Notes under the pieces: model-generated
Told to the model about the DNA's origin: nothing
The model's input: the letters and a program-made list of their open reading frames with translations, nothing else
Database searches by the model: none
Shown here: one piece after another, positions 21,309-29,858 of the stretch
Position numbering within the stretch: position 1 is the stretch's first letter
Layout of the letters: each line of letters starts with the position of its first letter
Source of the DNA: Candidatus Magasanikiibacteriota bacterium
GTDB lineage: Bacteria > Patescibacteriota > Patescibacteriia > Magasanikbacterales > UBA922
Direction of reading: 5' to 3'
Assembly: GCA_018650085.1 (NCBI GenBank)
Contig: JABIGQ010000038.1
Coordinates: forward strand, 4,388 to 68,387
DNA length: 64,000 nucleotides
Program-made: the position numbers and the translations under genes

Positions 21309-21782
21309 ATGTCACTTGATATTGATAATTTTGAAGAAGTAAGAGTAAAAGCAGAAGATTTTTATAAAGGTTTGTCTCAAGTGTATTGTCCTTATTTAAA
21401 AGATAAAATTTCTTTTAATAGTTCAGGATTACGACATATAAAATTTAAAAGGCAGAGACAATCTCGTTCTCGGCAGGATCAGTATATGCGTTTTAAATTA
21501 TTACATTTAGCGCCTAAGGTAATAAGTGCAAGTGCTACATTACAAGGAATTTTAGAAAGTAATAATTTTGAACGTGTAAGAGTAAATAGTAAAACTCAAA
21601 ATATAATGAAATTTGTTACGTATTATGAGTTTATTGCAGTGATTGATTCTATTCGTGTAAAGGTAATATTAAAACAAATTGAAGATGGTGAATGTTTTTT
21701 TTGGAGTATTATCCCATATTGGGGTGTTGATAAGGAACATAGAAGAAAAAAGTTGCATAGTGGGTATCCTGCGAACGATTAA
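21309..21782 (+). CDS. Hypothetical protein, putative BECR-fold (RelE/barnase-like) ribonuclease
   Basis: Basic 157-aa protein. The pattern ISFNSSGLRHI...RFKLL...YYEFIAVI...VKVILKQ...FFWSIIP resembles PBECR/LPD3-like domains (pattern recognition only). Confidence 0.5.
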   Translation: MSLDIDNFEEVRVKAEDFYKGLSQVYCPYLKDKISFNSSGLRHIKFKRQRQSRSRQDQYMRFKLLHLAPKVISASATLQGILESNNFERVRVNSKTQNIMKFVTYYEFIAVIDSIRVKVILKQIEDGECFFWSIIPYWGVDKEHRRKKLHSGYPAND

Positions 21783-21873
21783 AAACAAAAAATCTACCAG
21801 ATGGTAGATACTTTGTAGGTATTTGGTTACAGCTTATGTATTAGCCGTGAGAGGGCGAACCCTCCAAACACCT
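21783..21873 (-). ncRNA. Predicted ~90-nt structured small RNA convergent with the putative nuclease gene
   Basis: Own promoter; closing stem AGGUGUUUGG/CCAAAUACCU; AGGG-UUCG-CCCU and ACGGCU/AGCUGU hairpins; terminator AUCUACCA-UC-UGGUAGAU followed by a U-run. Both irregular pairs are G-U only on the minus strand. Confidence 0.65.
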
Positions 21874-21879
21874 ATAAAA

Positions 21880-21908
21880 ATAATAGCATAAAAATATATA
21901 TTTGTCAA
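21880..21908 (-). promoter_or_regulatory. Sigma70 promoter for the predicted sRNA
   Basis: TTGACA(21908-21903)-17-TATTAT(21885-21880) with TG extension; the predicted +1 near 21873 coincides with the first base of the RNA stem. Confidence 0.65.
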
Positions 21909-21917
21909 TAAAATATT

Positions 21918-23141
21918 ATGTCAGATCAACATATCGTATGTCCTAGTTGCAGTGTGAGTATTCCACTTTCAGAAGCACTGAGAAAACAAGTGACAGAACA
22001 ATTAGAAGTGAATTTTAGAAAAAAAGTGGAAAAGCAAATGGAAGAGGTAGCACTTCAGAAAAAAGAATTAGAAAAACAAAAACGAGAAGTAGAAAAATCT
22101 GTAGAAGTAAGATTACAAGCAGAAAAAGAAAAGATGTGGCTTGTAGCGCAAGAAAAAGCAAAGGAGAAAATGAATATTGAACTAAAAGATTTAGAAAAAA
22201 TAAATCAAGAAAAAGAAGTGAAGATACGAGAGATGCAAGAAAAGGAATTGGAATTGCGGAAACAAAAGCGTGAAATAGAAGAAAAAGAAAAAAGTCTTGT
22301 ACTAGAAATGGAAAGAAAGTTAGATGAAGAAAGAGAAAAAGTGTCAAAGCAAGTAAAAGAAGAAGCATTTGTAGAAAGCAGGCTAAAGATAGCAGAAAAA
22401 GACAAGCAAATGGAGCAAATGCGTTCAACGATTGAAGAGTTAAAAAGAAAAAGTGAACAAGGCTCCATGCAAATACAAGGGGATGTGCAAGAAAATGATT
22501 TGAAAGTATTATTACAGCAACATTTCCCAATGGATACTATTGATGATGTTCCTACTGGAATTAGAGGTGCGGATCTCGTACAAACAGTTCATGCACAATT
22601 TGGGAAAAAAACGGGAATTATTCTCTGGGAATCAAAAAACACAAAGGCATGGAGTAGTGACTGGATAAAAAAATTAAAAGATGATCAAGCAGCGGTAAAA
22701 GCAGATGTGTGTATTTTAGTTTCTCAATCTTTGCCAAGTGATATTCAAACGTTTGGATTAAAAAATGGCGTGTGGATTTGTCATTATAAATTTGCATTTG
22801 CGCTGGCATCTACGCTTCGTCTTCATTTAGAAGAATTATCAAAGGCAAAGCAGTCTCTGGTGGGGAAGGATCAGAAGATGGAGTATTTGTATGATTATTT
22901 GTGTGGAAATGAATTTAGAAATAAAATAGAAAATATAGTATCTGCTTTTTCTAGTATGAAGGAAGGATTAGAGACAGAAAAGCGTTCTATGCAGCGTATT
23001 TGGAGTAAAAGGGAAAAAGAAATAGAGCGTGTAATTTTAAACACGTCTGGTATGTATGGGGATCTGCAGGGGATTGTGGGGGCGAGTTTACCTACTGTGG
23101 ATGCATTGGAATTACCTGGTGGAGAAGAGGAAGAAGATTAA
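21918..23141 (+). CDS. DUF2130 family coiled-coil protein
   Basis: N-terminal CPSC, long coiled coil, GSMQIQGDVQE, GADLVQ, ILWESKNTKAWS and ETEKRSM motifs. Confidence 0.85.
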   Translation: MSDQHIVCPSCSVSIPLSEALRKQVTEQLEVNFRKKVEKQMEEVALQKKELEKQKREVEKSVEVRLQAEKEKMWLVAQEKAKEKMNIELKDLEKINQEKEVKIREMQEKELELRKQKREIEEKEKSLVLEMERKLDEEREKVSKQVKEEAFVESRLKIAEKDKQMEQMRSTIEELKRKSEQGSMQIQGDVQENDLKVLLQQHFPMDTIDDVPTGIRGADLVQTVHAQFGKKTGIILWESKNTKAWSSDWIKKLKDDQAAVKADVCILVSQSLPSDIQTFGLKNGVWICHYKFAFALASTLRLHLEELSKAKQSLVGKDQKMEYLYDYLCGNEFRNKIENIVSAFSSMKEGLETEKRSMQRIWSKREKEIERVILNTSGMYGDLQGIVGASLPTVDALELPGGEEEED

Positions 23142-23821
23142 AACACTTCTATATGTATCTGCGTTTTATCAACATTATTTTTTAAAAAAGCATTTCTTAC
23201 ATCTGCAACCATATGTGGGTTTCCGCAGATATAGATTTGTTCATCTGCTGCGATGTTTTCTGGGATGTGTTTTGTGACACGTCCTTTTATTCCACCCCAA
23301 CTATCATGAGCTTGTGATAGTGTTATTGTATATGAAAAGTTTGTGTAATTGTTTGCGAGTTCTTCTAACTTTTCTACCCAAAACAAATCTTTTTCTTCAC
23401 GCACGCCAAATAATAGTCGAATAGGAAGAGGATTGTTTTTTGTTGTGAGTTCATCATAAATAAGACTCATGTTTGGGGCAATACCAACTCCTGTCGCTAT
23501 GCAAGTGATTGGTTTTTTTTCTTTTGAAATATAATGTCCTATAGGTCCTCTTATTTCTAGTTTGTCTCCTATATTCATTTTATGTAGATATGTTGTGGCA
23601 ATACCGTTTGGGATAATTTTTATAGAAAAAATAAGATGAGTATTTGTTGGGTTGGATGCTATAGAATAGGAGCGGGGGACGATTGCTCCTTCATGTGGAA
23701 TCATTGTTTGTATAAATTGTCCTGCTATAAATGTAAATTCTTTTGGTTTAGAAAAATGAAACTCAAATACATCCTCACAAAGGTTTGTTTTTTTTAAAAG
23801 TGTTGTGGTGAAAGTGTTCAT
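23138..23821 (-). CDS. FAD/NAD(P)-binding ferredoxin-reductase-type oxidoreductase
   Basis: AGQFI, RSYSIAS, GIATTYL, IATGVGIAP, YICGNP and terminal EVF motifs. Confidence 0.9.
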   Translation of the reverse strand: MNTFTTTLLKKTNLCEDVFEFHFSKPKEFTFIAGQFIQTMIPHEGAIVPRSYSIASNPTNTHLIFSIKIIPNGIATTYLHKMNIGDKLEIRGPIGHYISKEKKPITCIATGVGIAPNMSLIYDELTTKNNPLPIRLLFGVREEKDLFWVEKLEELANNYTNFSYTITLSQAHDSWGGIKGRVTKHIPENIAADEQIYICGNPHMVADVRNAFLKNNVDKTQIHIEVF

Positions 23822-23874
23822 AGTGTAGTATTTGGGGGGTATAATAAGTTCACACAGTATATCTATTTTTTTGT

Positions 23875-23951
23875 TCCTCCCCTATCAGGGGAGGCTAGGA
23901 GGGGTCTGTTTTGTAGAAGCCCCCCTCTAACTCCCCCTGGTAGGGGGAGGA
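23875..23951. repeat. GC-rich composite palindromic miniature element
   Basis: TCCTCCCCTATCAGGGGAGG...GAGGGG / CCCCCTC...CTCCCCCTGGTAGGGGGAGGA; two inverted sub-palindromes in an AT-rich intergenic region. Confidence 0.75.
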
Positions 23952-23987
23952 TAACTTAATGGAAGTTTAAATAGTATTAATATTTAC

Positions 23988-24031
23988 TTGACAGAGGAGT
24001 GATAATGTAATATCATACCACCTAGGTATGA
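23988..24031 (+). promoter_or_regulatory. Promoter of the Rrf2-isc operon with overlapping palindromic operator
   Basis: TTGACA-17-TATCAT; TCATACC-N5-GGTATGA inverted repeat (24013-24031) overlaps -10/+1. Confidence 0.6.
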
Positions 24032-24046
24032 ATTATAACATTTTTT

Positions 24047-24460
24047 ATGATTTCTTTAAATAAGCAAGTGGATTATGGGGTGCAATTCCTTATAACTCTA
24101 TCACAGCTGGAGGAAAAACAACAAATAAGTTTACGTACATTCACTAATGAGCATAACATGTCATTTCTTTTTTTGCAACGCATTGCGGCATTGTTAAAAG
24201 GGGCTGGATTAATCACTGCAACAAAGGGGGCGCATGGGGGGTATACTTTAGCAAAGAAAGCTGAAGATATTACATTTTTAGATATATATGAGGCTATAGA
24301 AGGGGCATATGGAGCGGCGACCTGTCTGAAAAAAGGGTGTAGTTGTCCCCGCGAGCAGGCGTGTGATTCTCGTATGTTTTTTTCTGTATTACAAAAAGAT
24401 TTGCGTGTATTTATGAAGGGGTATACATTGGCGGATATGGCGGATTTGTCTCGTGCTTAA
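24047..24460 (+). CDS. Rrf2-family regulator (IscR-like)
   Basis: VDYGV, FLQRIAALLKGAGLI, KGAHGGYTLAK and a Cys cluster CLKKGCSCPREQAC; heads the isc operon. Confidence 0.88.
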   Translation: MISLNKQVDYGVQFLITLSQLEEKQQISLRTFTNEHNMSFLFLQRIAALLKGAGLITATKGAHGGYTLAKKAEDITFLDIYEAIEGAYGAATCLKKGCSCPREQACDSRMFFSVLQKDLRVFMKGYTLADMADLSRA

Positions 24461-24471
24461 TAAATTTGTTC

Positions 24472-24565
24472 GTACAATATATCTATTTTTTCACTGCATG
24501 ATTGCTTCTTAAAACGCTCCTTTTACGATCTGAAGCATCTCCGTTCAAAAATAAATATATTGTAC
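24472..24565. repeat. 94-bp dispersed hairpin element, copy 2
   Basis: GTACAATATATCTATTTTTT...AAAAATAAATATATTGTAC, lying between the Rrf2 gene and iscS. Confidence 0.9.
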
Positions 24566-24619
24566 TCTCGTATAGTTTTATTCATAATTATAGTAGTGAT
24601 AATTAATTTTTAAATAAAT

Positions 24620-25885
24620 ATGTTTCCAACAAAACCAGAAAATAAAAGAGTGATTTATTTAGATCATGCGGCTACTACTGCGACGGATGAAGAAGTATTT
24701 GAGGTGATGAGGCCGTATTTTAGTGAGCATTTTGGGAATCCTTCTGCTCTGTATAGTATTGGGCGGGAAGTAAAGGATGCGGTGGATAAGGCTAGAAGGA
24801 GTATTTCAAATATACTTGCAATTCAAGGTGGGGATAGTATTATTTTTACAGGTGGTGGGACAGAGTCAGATAATATGGCTATTTTTGGTATTGCATACAA
24901 GCATAGTAAAAATGGAAAAGGTCATATTGTTACGACAAAGATTGAACATCATGCTGTTCTTCATCCGTGTGAAAGGTTAGAAAAAGAAGGATTTGATATT
25001 ACGTATTTAGAACCAAATGAAGCAGGATTGGTGACAGAAAAACAAGTAAAAGAATCGTTACGAGAAGATACAATACTTGTATCAGTGATGTATGCAAATA
25101 ATGAGATGGGGGCAGTAGAACCTATTGCAGATATTGGAAGGGAAATATTAAAATGGAGAAAAAATAATAATACAAAATATCCATATTTTCATACAGATGC
25201 TTGCCAAGCTGCAGGAGTTTTAGATTTGAACGTGGAAAAATTACACGTAGATCTTATGACAATAAACGGAAGTAAGATGTATGGCCCAAAGGGGATTGGA
25301 ATATTATATAAAAGACGTGGGGTTTCTATTCAGCCATTGATTATAGGTGGTGCGCAAGAAATGAAATTACGTGCAGGGACAGAAAATGTGCCATCAATTA
25401 TTGGGTTTGCTCGTGCGTTGGAATTGGTTAATGAACATCGTAAAAAAGAAAACGCACGTCTGATAGAACTACGACAATATTTTTTCAATGGGTTAGAAAA
25501 ACGTATTGATAAAATTCAGATTAATGGACCAGAACTTGGGAATGAAACAGTGCGCCTTCCAAACAATTTAAATGTATCTATTTTAGATATAGAGGGAGAG
25601 GCATTGCTTCTTTATTTAGATGAGTATGGCATAGTATGTTCTACTGGTTCTGCGTGTACAGCTGAATCTTTAGATCCTTCTCATGTATTACTTGCTTGCG
25701 GATTGCCGTATGAATATGCGCATGGAAGTTTGCGCTTTACTCTAGGGAAAACAACGACAAAAGAAGATATAGATTATGTATTGGAATATTTACCAGGTAT
25801 AGTAGAAAAGCTTCGGGAAATGTCTCCTGTAAAATTATCTACAAATAAAAAAAACAACACACATCCTAAATATTTACAACGATAA
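24620..25885 (+). CDS. iscS: Cysteine desulfurase IscS/NifS
   Basis: IYLDHAATT, FGNPS, HTDACQA, GSKMYGPKG (PLP lysine), RAGTEN and STGSAC (catalytic Cys). Confidence 0.96.
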   Translation: MFPTKPENKRVIYLDHAATTATDEEVFEVMRPYFSEHFGNPSALYSIGREVKDAVDKARRSISNILAIQGGDSIIFTGGGTESDNMAIFGIAYKHSKNGKGHIVTTKIEHHAVLHPCERLEKEGFDITYLEPNEAGLVTEKQVKESLREDTILVSVMYANNEMGAVEPIADIGREILKWRKNNNTKYPYFHTDACQAAGVLDLNVEKLHVDLMTINGSKMYGPKGIGILYKRRGVSIQPLIIGGAQEMKLRAGTENVPSIIGFARALELVNEHRKKENARLIELRQYFFNGLEKRIDKIQINGPELGNETVRLPNNLNVSILDIEGEALLLYLDEYGIVCSTGSACTAESLDPSHVLLACGLPYEYAHGSLRFTLGKTTTKEDIDYVLEYLPGIVEKLREMSPVKLSTNKKNNTHPKYLQR

Positions 25886-25886
25886 T

Positions 25887-26546
25887 ATGACACAAGAAGC
25901 AAAGATTAAAGATGACAAAGGGAATTCTTGGCTGTATACGGATACAGTAAAAGAACATTTTTTTAATCCAAAAAATATTTTAAAAGCAGGGGAAGAAGAT
26001 GCATATAAAGCAGATGCTATGGGAAGAGTGGGGTCTCCAGCTTGTGGGGATGAAATGGTATTGTGGCTAAAGATAGATAAAGAGACAGAGAAAATCCTTG
26101 ATTGCAAATGGCAAACATTTGGTTGTGGATCAGCAATTGCTTCTACGTCTATGTTATCTGTCATGCTTATAGAAAATGATGGAATGACTATTACGCAAGC
26201 ACTAAAGATTAAACCTCAAGATATCATAGCTCGCTTAGGTGGTTTACCAAACAGAAAAATTCATTGTTCAGTATTGGGGGACAAGGCACTTCATGCGGCA
26301 ATAAATGATTGGTTTAGAAATACAGATCAGCATGATAGAATTATGGTAGCTGGTGCAAAGGTTATTGACCAGGACTCAAATGTTACAGATAAAGATATAG
26401 AGGAGGCAGTACTAGAGGGAGCGCAAACTGTGGGGGATGTTGAAAAAAAGTTAAAAGTGAGTAAAATAAATGAGGATTCTGTTCCAGAAGTAGAGCAGTT
26501 GATTCGGTTTTATTCAGAGAAGTATTATGGAGAAAGTGTGATCTAG
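25887..26546 (+). CDS. iscU: Fe-S scaffold IscU/NifU-like with degenerate BFD-like C-terminal domain
   Basis: HFFNPKN, GSPACGD, TFGCGSAIAS and LPNRKIHCS motifs. Confidence 0.9.
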   Translation: MTQEAKIKDDKGNSWLYTDTVKEHFFNPKNILKAGEEDAYKADAMGRVGSPACGDEMVLWLKIDKETEKILDCKWQTFGCGSAIASTSMLSVMLIENDGMTITQALKIKPQDIIARLGGLPNRKIHCSVLGDKALHAAINDWFRNTDQHDRIMVAGAKVIDQDSNVTDKDIEEAVLEGAQTVGDVEKKLKVSKINEDSVPEVEQLIRFYSEKYYGESVI

Positions 26547-26561
26547 GATAAGATATAAAGT

Positions 26562-26849
26562 ATGCTTAAAAAAGAACAAATTATAGAGGCGTTAAAGACT
26601 GTGATGGATCCGCATATTGGGTTAGATGTTTGGACGCTTGGGTTTATCTATGAGATAGATATTTGTGATGAAAAAACTGTGTCTATACTTATGACGCTGA
26701 CTACTCCGGCGTGTCCTTTGGAATCTAATCTAAAAGAAGATATCCGTGAGTCTATTCATGCGCTTGGAGTGGAAAAGGTGGAAATAGAAATGACGTATGA
26801 TCCGCCATGGCAGCTTCCGGAGAGTGTTCGTGAACAAATGGGTTTTTAG
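26562..26849 (+). CDS. DUF59/SufT-like Fe-S maturation protein
   Basis: LKTVMDP, LGFIY, MTLTTPACP and YDPPW motifs. Confidence 0.9.
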   Translation: MLKKEQIIEALKTVMDPHIGLDVWTLGFIYEIDICDEKTVSILMTLTTPACPLESNLKEDIRESIHALGVEKVEIEMTYDPPWQLPESVREQMGF

Positions 26850-26862
26850 ATTATCCTGTGAC

Positions 26863-26966
26863 AGGCTCATGATATATTTATTTAATTTCTCATAAACTCA
26901 CGTAGCTGTCGCTCGCTCGGCCTAGGGCGGCAGCAGCTCAAAATTAAATAACCATATCAGGAGCCT
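26863..26966. repeat. 104-bp hairpin element (AT-rich outer stem, GC-rich inner stem)
   Basis: AGGCTC.TGATAT..TTATTTAATTT / AAATTAAATAA..ATATCA.GAGCCT outer arms; inner GCTGTCGCTC/GGGCGGCAGC. Confidence 0.65.
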
Positions 26967-26998
26967 TATTAGAATAATAAAAATTTAACTTGTGTTAT

Positions 26999-27304
26999 AT
27001 GAAAAAAATACGTGTTTGTCGTGGGAAAGTATGTCAGTCATTTGGGGCTGATAGAATTATGGATGAAATTGTAAAGTCTACGGGGGTAAAGCCAGGGCAG
27101 TCTGATGATAAACATGATGTGGATTTTTGTGGGTGTTTAGGATATTGTGGATATGCTCCAAATGTAGAAGTAGATGAAGAGCATATTGTTTGTCAGTGTG
27201 AAGCAGATACTGTGATGGAACGTATAGAGCATGCAGAAGATGAGAATTGTATTCCTTCTGCGGAGGATGTGAAAATTGAAGATACATTTCTGGGGGATAT
27301 ATAG
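26999..27304 (+). CDS. Thioredoxin-like [2Fe-2S] ferredoxin (NuoE-like)
   Basis: VCRGKVCQSFGA...CLGYCGYAPNV Cys spacing. Confidence 0.85.
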   Translation: MKKIRVCRGKVCQSFGADRIMDEIVKSTGVKPGQSDDKHDVDFCGCLGYCGYAPNVEVDEEHIVCQCEADTVMERIEHAEDENCIPSAEDVKIEDTFLGDI

Positions 27305-27383
27305 TAGACTTGTTGTATATATTCTCTTGTTTTAGATAATATATGTGTGCTACTATATCTAGGTATTTATTAATTTGTTTTCT

Positions 27384-28397
27384 ATGGGGCACACTATTGC
27401 TGAGTATATTTGGGTGGATGGAGGGCAACCAACAAAAAAGTTGCGTTCAAAGACAAAAGTTTTACGTCATGATGTTAATAATTTAGAAGATATCCCAGAT
27501 TGGTCTTTTGATGGATCAAGTACATATCAAGCGACAGGGAAGGATAGTGATTGTGTATTGCGTCCTGTGTATCATATCCAAGATCCTATCAGGGGAAAAG
27601 CACATATTTTAGTATTGTGTGAAGTGTTACTTGCAGACGGTTCCCCACATATATCAAATACAAGGGCAGAATTACGGACTGTGGCTGCACGTTATGAATC
27701 ACAAGGGTCATTATTTGGTATTGAACAAGAATATACATTATTAAAAGGGAATCGCCCCCTAGGTTGGCCAGACAATGGTTTCCCTGCACCACAGGGAGGG
27801 TATTATTGTGGTATTGGAGCAGATGAAGTATTTGGACGCCCAATTGTAGAAGAACATATGCAAGCATGCTTATTTGCAGGTATTTCTTTTGAGGGTATTA
27901 ATTCAGAAGTTATGCCTTCGCAATGGGAATTTCAAGTTGGGACACTTGATCCATTGTCTGTTTCAGATCAATTATGGATGAGTCGTTGGTTGCTTTATCG
28001 TATTGCAGAAAAATATGGTGTATATGCAACACTTTATCCAAAACCAGTGAAAGGAGATTGGAATGGAGCCGGAGCGCATACGAATTTTAGTACAAAATTA
28101 ATGCGAGAAGAAGGTGGGCTTAACTACATTCAGTTTGCGATTGAAAAATTAGAAAAAAAACATACCGAAATGATAAAAGTATATGGCGCACATAATGAAG
28201 AACGATTGACTGGTTTACATGAGACTTGCCATATTGGAGAATTTCGTTATGGTGTAAGTGATAGAGGTGCCTCTATTCGTGTACCAGCACACGTAGCTGC
28301 AGAGGGAAAGGGATATCTGGAAGATAGGCGGCCTGCTGCAAATATGGATCCGTATGAGGTTTGTACTGCGATTGTTAAGACGGTTTGTGGGGAGTAG
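27384..28397 (+). CDS. glnII: Glutamine synthetase type II
   Basis: ~337 aa; AEYIWVDG, LRSKT, WSFDGSST, FGIEQEY, PQGGYYCG, GDWNGAGAHTNFST, RLTGLHET and GYLEDRRPAANMDPY are GSII hallmarks. Confidence 0.93.
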   Translation: MGHTIAEYIWVDGGQPTKKLRSKTKVLRHDVNNLEDIPDWSFDGSSTYQATGKDSDCVLRPVYHIQDPIRGKAHILVLCEVLLADGSPHISNTRAELRTVAARYESQGSLFGIEQEYTLLKGNRPLGWPDNGFPAPQGGYYCGIGADEVFGRPIVEEHMQACLFAGISFEGINSEVMPSQWEFQVGTLDPLSVSDQLWMSRWLLYRIAEKYGVYATLYPKPVKGDWNGAGAHTNFSTKLMREEGGLNYIQFAIEKLEKKHTEMIKVYGAHNEERLTGLHETCHIGEFRYGVSDRGASIRVPAHVAAEGKGYLEDRRPAANMDPYEVCTAIVKTVCGE

Positions 28398-28484
28398 GTG
28401 GTGAATATTATTTCCTTCCGTAGGAATCTGTCCTTACATAAATTGGTGTATTTAACCTAAAAATAATTTCGAAAAAAGCGGATA

Positions 28485-29675
28485 ATGACTTTTATGAATT
28501 ATAAAAAAGGACTTGAAAGAAATCTGTGGTTATATGCATTGATACGTATTTTTCGTAAAAGAGCATATATTGCGGTGATTATTATTTATGCTGTTACATA
28601 TGCAAATATAACAGTTGAACAATTTGGAGTCATCGCCGCCATTTCTGCTTTTTTTGTGATGGTTTTAGAAATCCCAAGTGGATATATTTCTGATAAGATT
28701 GGTCATAAAAAGGCTATTACTCTGGGGTCTTTTTTTATGATGATTGCACCACTTGGATTTGTAATTGCACCAAATTTTTATGGAGTGCTATTTGCATCTC
28801 TCGCATATTTCGGTGGTGAAGCATTTCATTCTGGTACGATGCAGGCATTTTTACATGAAACTCTTATTGAGCTTGGGAGAGATGGTGAATTTGGTAAAAT
28901 GACAGCGCGTGCACAGAGGTGGGGAATATTTGGAAATATTTTTCTTGTAGGACTTGTTACGTTAACATATTCCATTGATCCACGACTCCCTTTTCTTATT
29001 GGATTTTTGTTGCAATCCATGATATTGATTATTTCTTTATTGTTTGTAACACCTCGTAAAGAACATCAAAAAATAACTGAAAGAATTCATGATGGTTTTT
29101 TTGCTCTTTTAAAGACTGTGCGGCACAGAAACGAGATTTTTTTATTTTTCTTTTTAGGTTTTATAGCAGCAGTTCACAATAAAATACCAGAGTATAAAGA
29201 ATTATATTTTCAAGATATTGGTGTACCCATGTGGTTTTTTGGGTTAGTGTATTCTCTTATGGGTGTTGTTGGTATTATTTTTACATATCAAATACATAAA
29301 TTTGAAAAATATAAAGCCAAGACATTTTATATGGTTGATTTTTTGATTGCATGTAGTGCGAGTATTATGGTAGGTATAGTATCAAATGTGTTTGTAGGCG
29401 TTGGTATATTTGTATTGTTAGGAGGTTATTATAGAATTCGTAGAATTTTGACTGATGTATATTTACTTAAAACCTGCCCCACTTCGAATTTGAAAGCAAC
29501 ATATTTATCAGTGTATGCATTTTTTGCTTCTTTAAATGCCATATGGGTGCCATTGGTTTTGGGGTATTTCATAGGACGTTTTGGTGTACAACAAGGGTAT
29601 CTGGCATTTGGATTTGGAGCTTTGATTATTTCAATAATCTCATATCTTTTGATTTTTAGAAAAATAAATAAATAA
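28485..29675 (+). CDS. MFS transporter
   Basis: LEIPSGYISDKIGHKK (MFS motif A) and ~12 TM helices. Confidence 0.9.
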   Translation: MTFMNYKKGLERNLWLYALIRIFRKRAYIAVIIIYAVTYANITVEQFGVIAAISAFFVMVLEIPSGYISDKIGHKKAITLGSFFMMIAPLGFVIAPNFYGVLFASLAYFGGEAFHSGTMQAFLHETLIELGRDGEFGKMTARAQRWGIFGNIFLVGLVTLTYSIDPRLPFLIGFLLQSMILIISLLFVTPRKEHQKITERIHDGFFALLKTVRHRNEIFLFFFLGFIAAVHNKIPEYKELYFQDIGVPMWFFGLVYSLMGVVGIIFTYQIHKFEKYKAKTFYMVDFLIACSASIMVGIVSNVFVGVGIFVLLGGYYRIRRILTDVYLLKTCPTSNLKATYLSVYAFFASLNAIWVPLVLGYFIGRFGVQQGYLAFGFGALIISIISYLLIFRKINK

Positions 29676-29692
29676 TTTATAATATAATTACT

Positions 29693-29764
29693 ATGAAAAA
29701 AGATATTAAAAAACATTTTTCAAAAACAGTAGGAGATTATGATACGGTTGTTGATAAAGACTGA
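29693..29764 (+). pseudogene. Truncated gene start (23 aa), possibly a SAM-methyltransferase N-terminus
   Basis: MKKDIKKHFSKTVGDYDTVVDKD* preceded by TATAAT; breaks off just before a duplicated junction and REP. Confidence 0.35.
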
Positions 29765-29787
29765 CTGTTTGGAGTAGGTGGTCTTCC

Positions 29788-29815
29788 GTAGGGACAGGTC
29801 GCGACCTGTCCCTAC
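29788..29815. repeat. GTAG-family REP palindrome
   Basis: Perfect 28-bp palindrome GTAGGGACAGGTCGCGACCTGTCCCTAC; degenerate copy at ~28420-28437. Confidence 0.85.
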
Positions 29816-29858
29816 ATAAATTGTAAATAACTTCTCATTTAGTATATACATAAAACAT

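Noticed and set aside
23856-23872. AGTATATCTATTTTTT as a fifth copy of the 94-bp element
   Set aside because: Only a short AT-rich match with no interior or right arm; it also fits a minus-strand -10 (TATACT) for the reductase gene.
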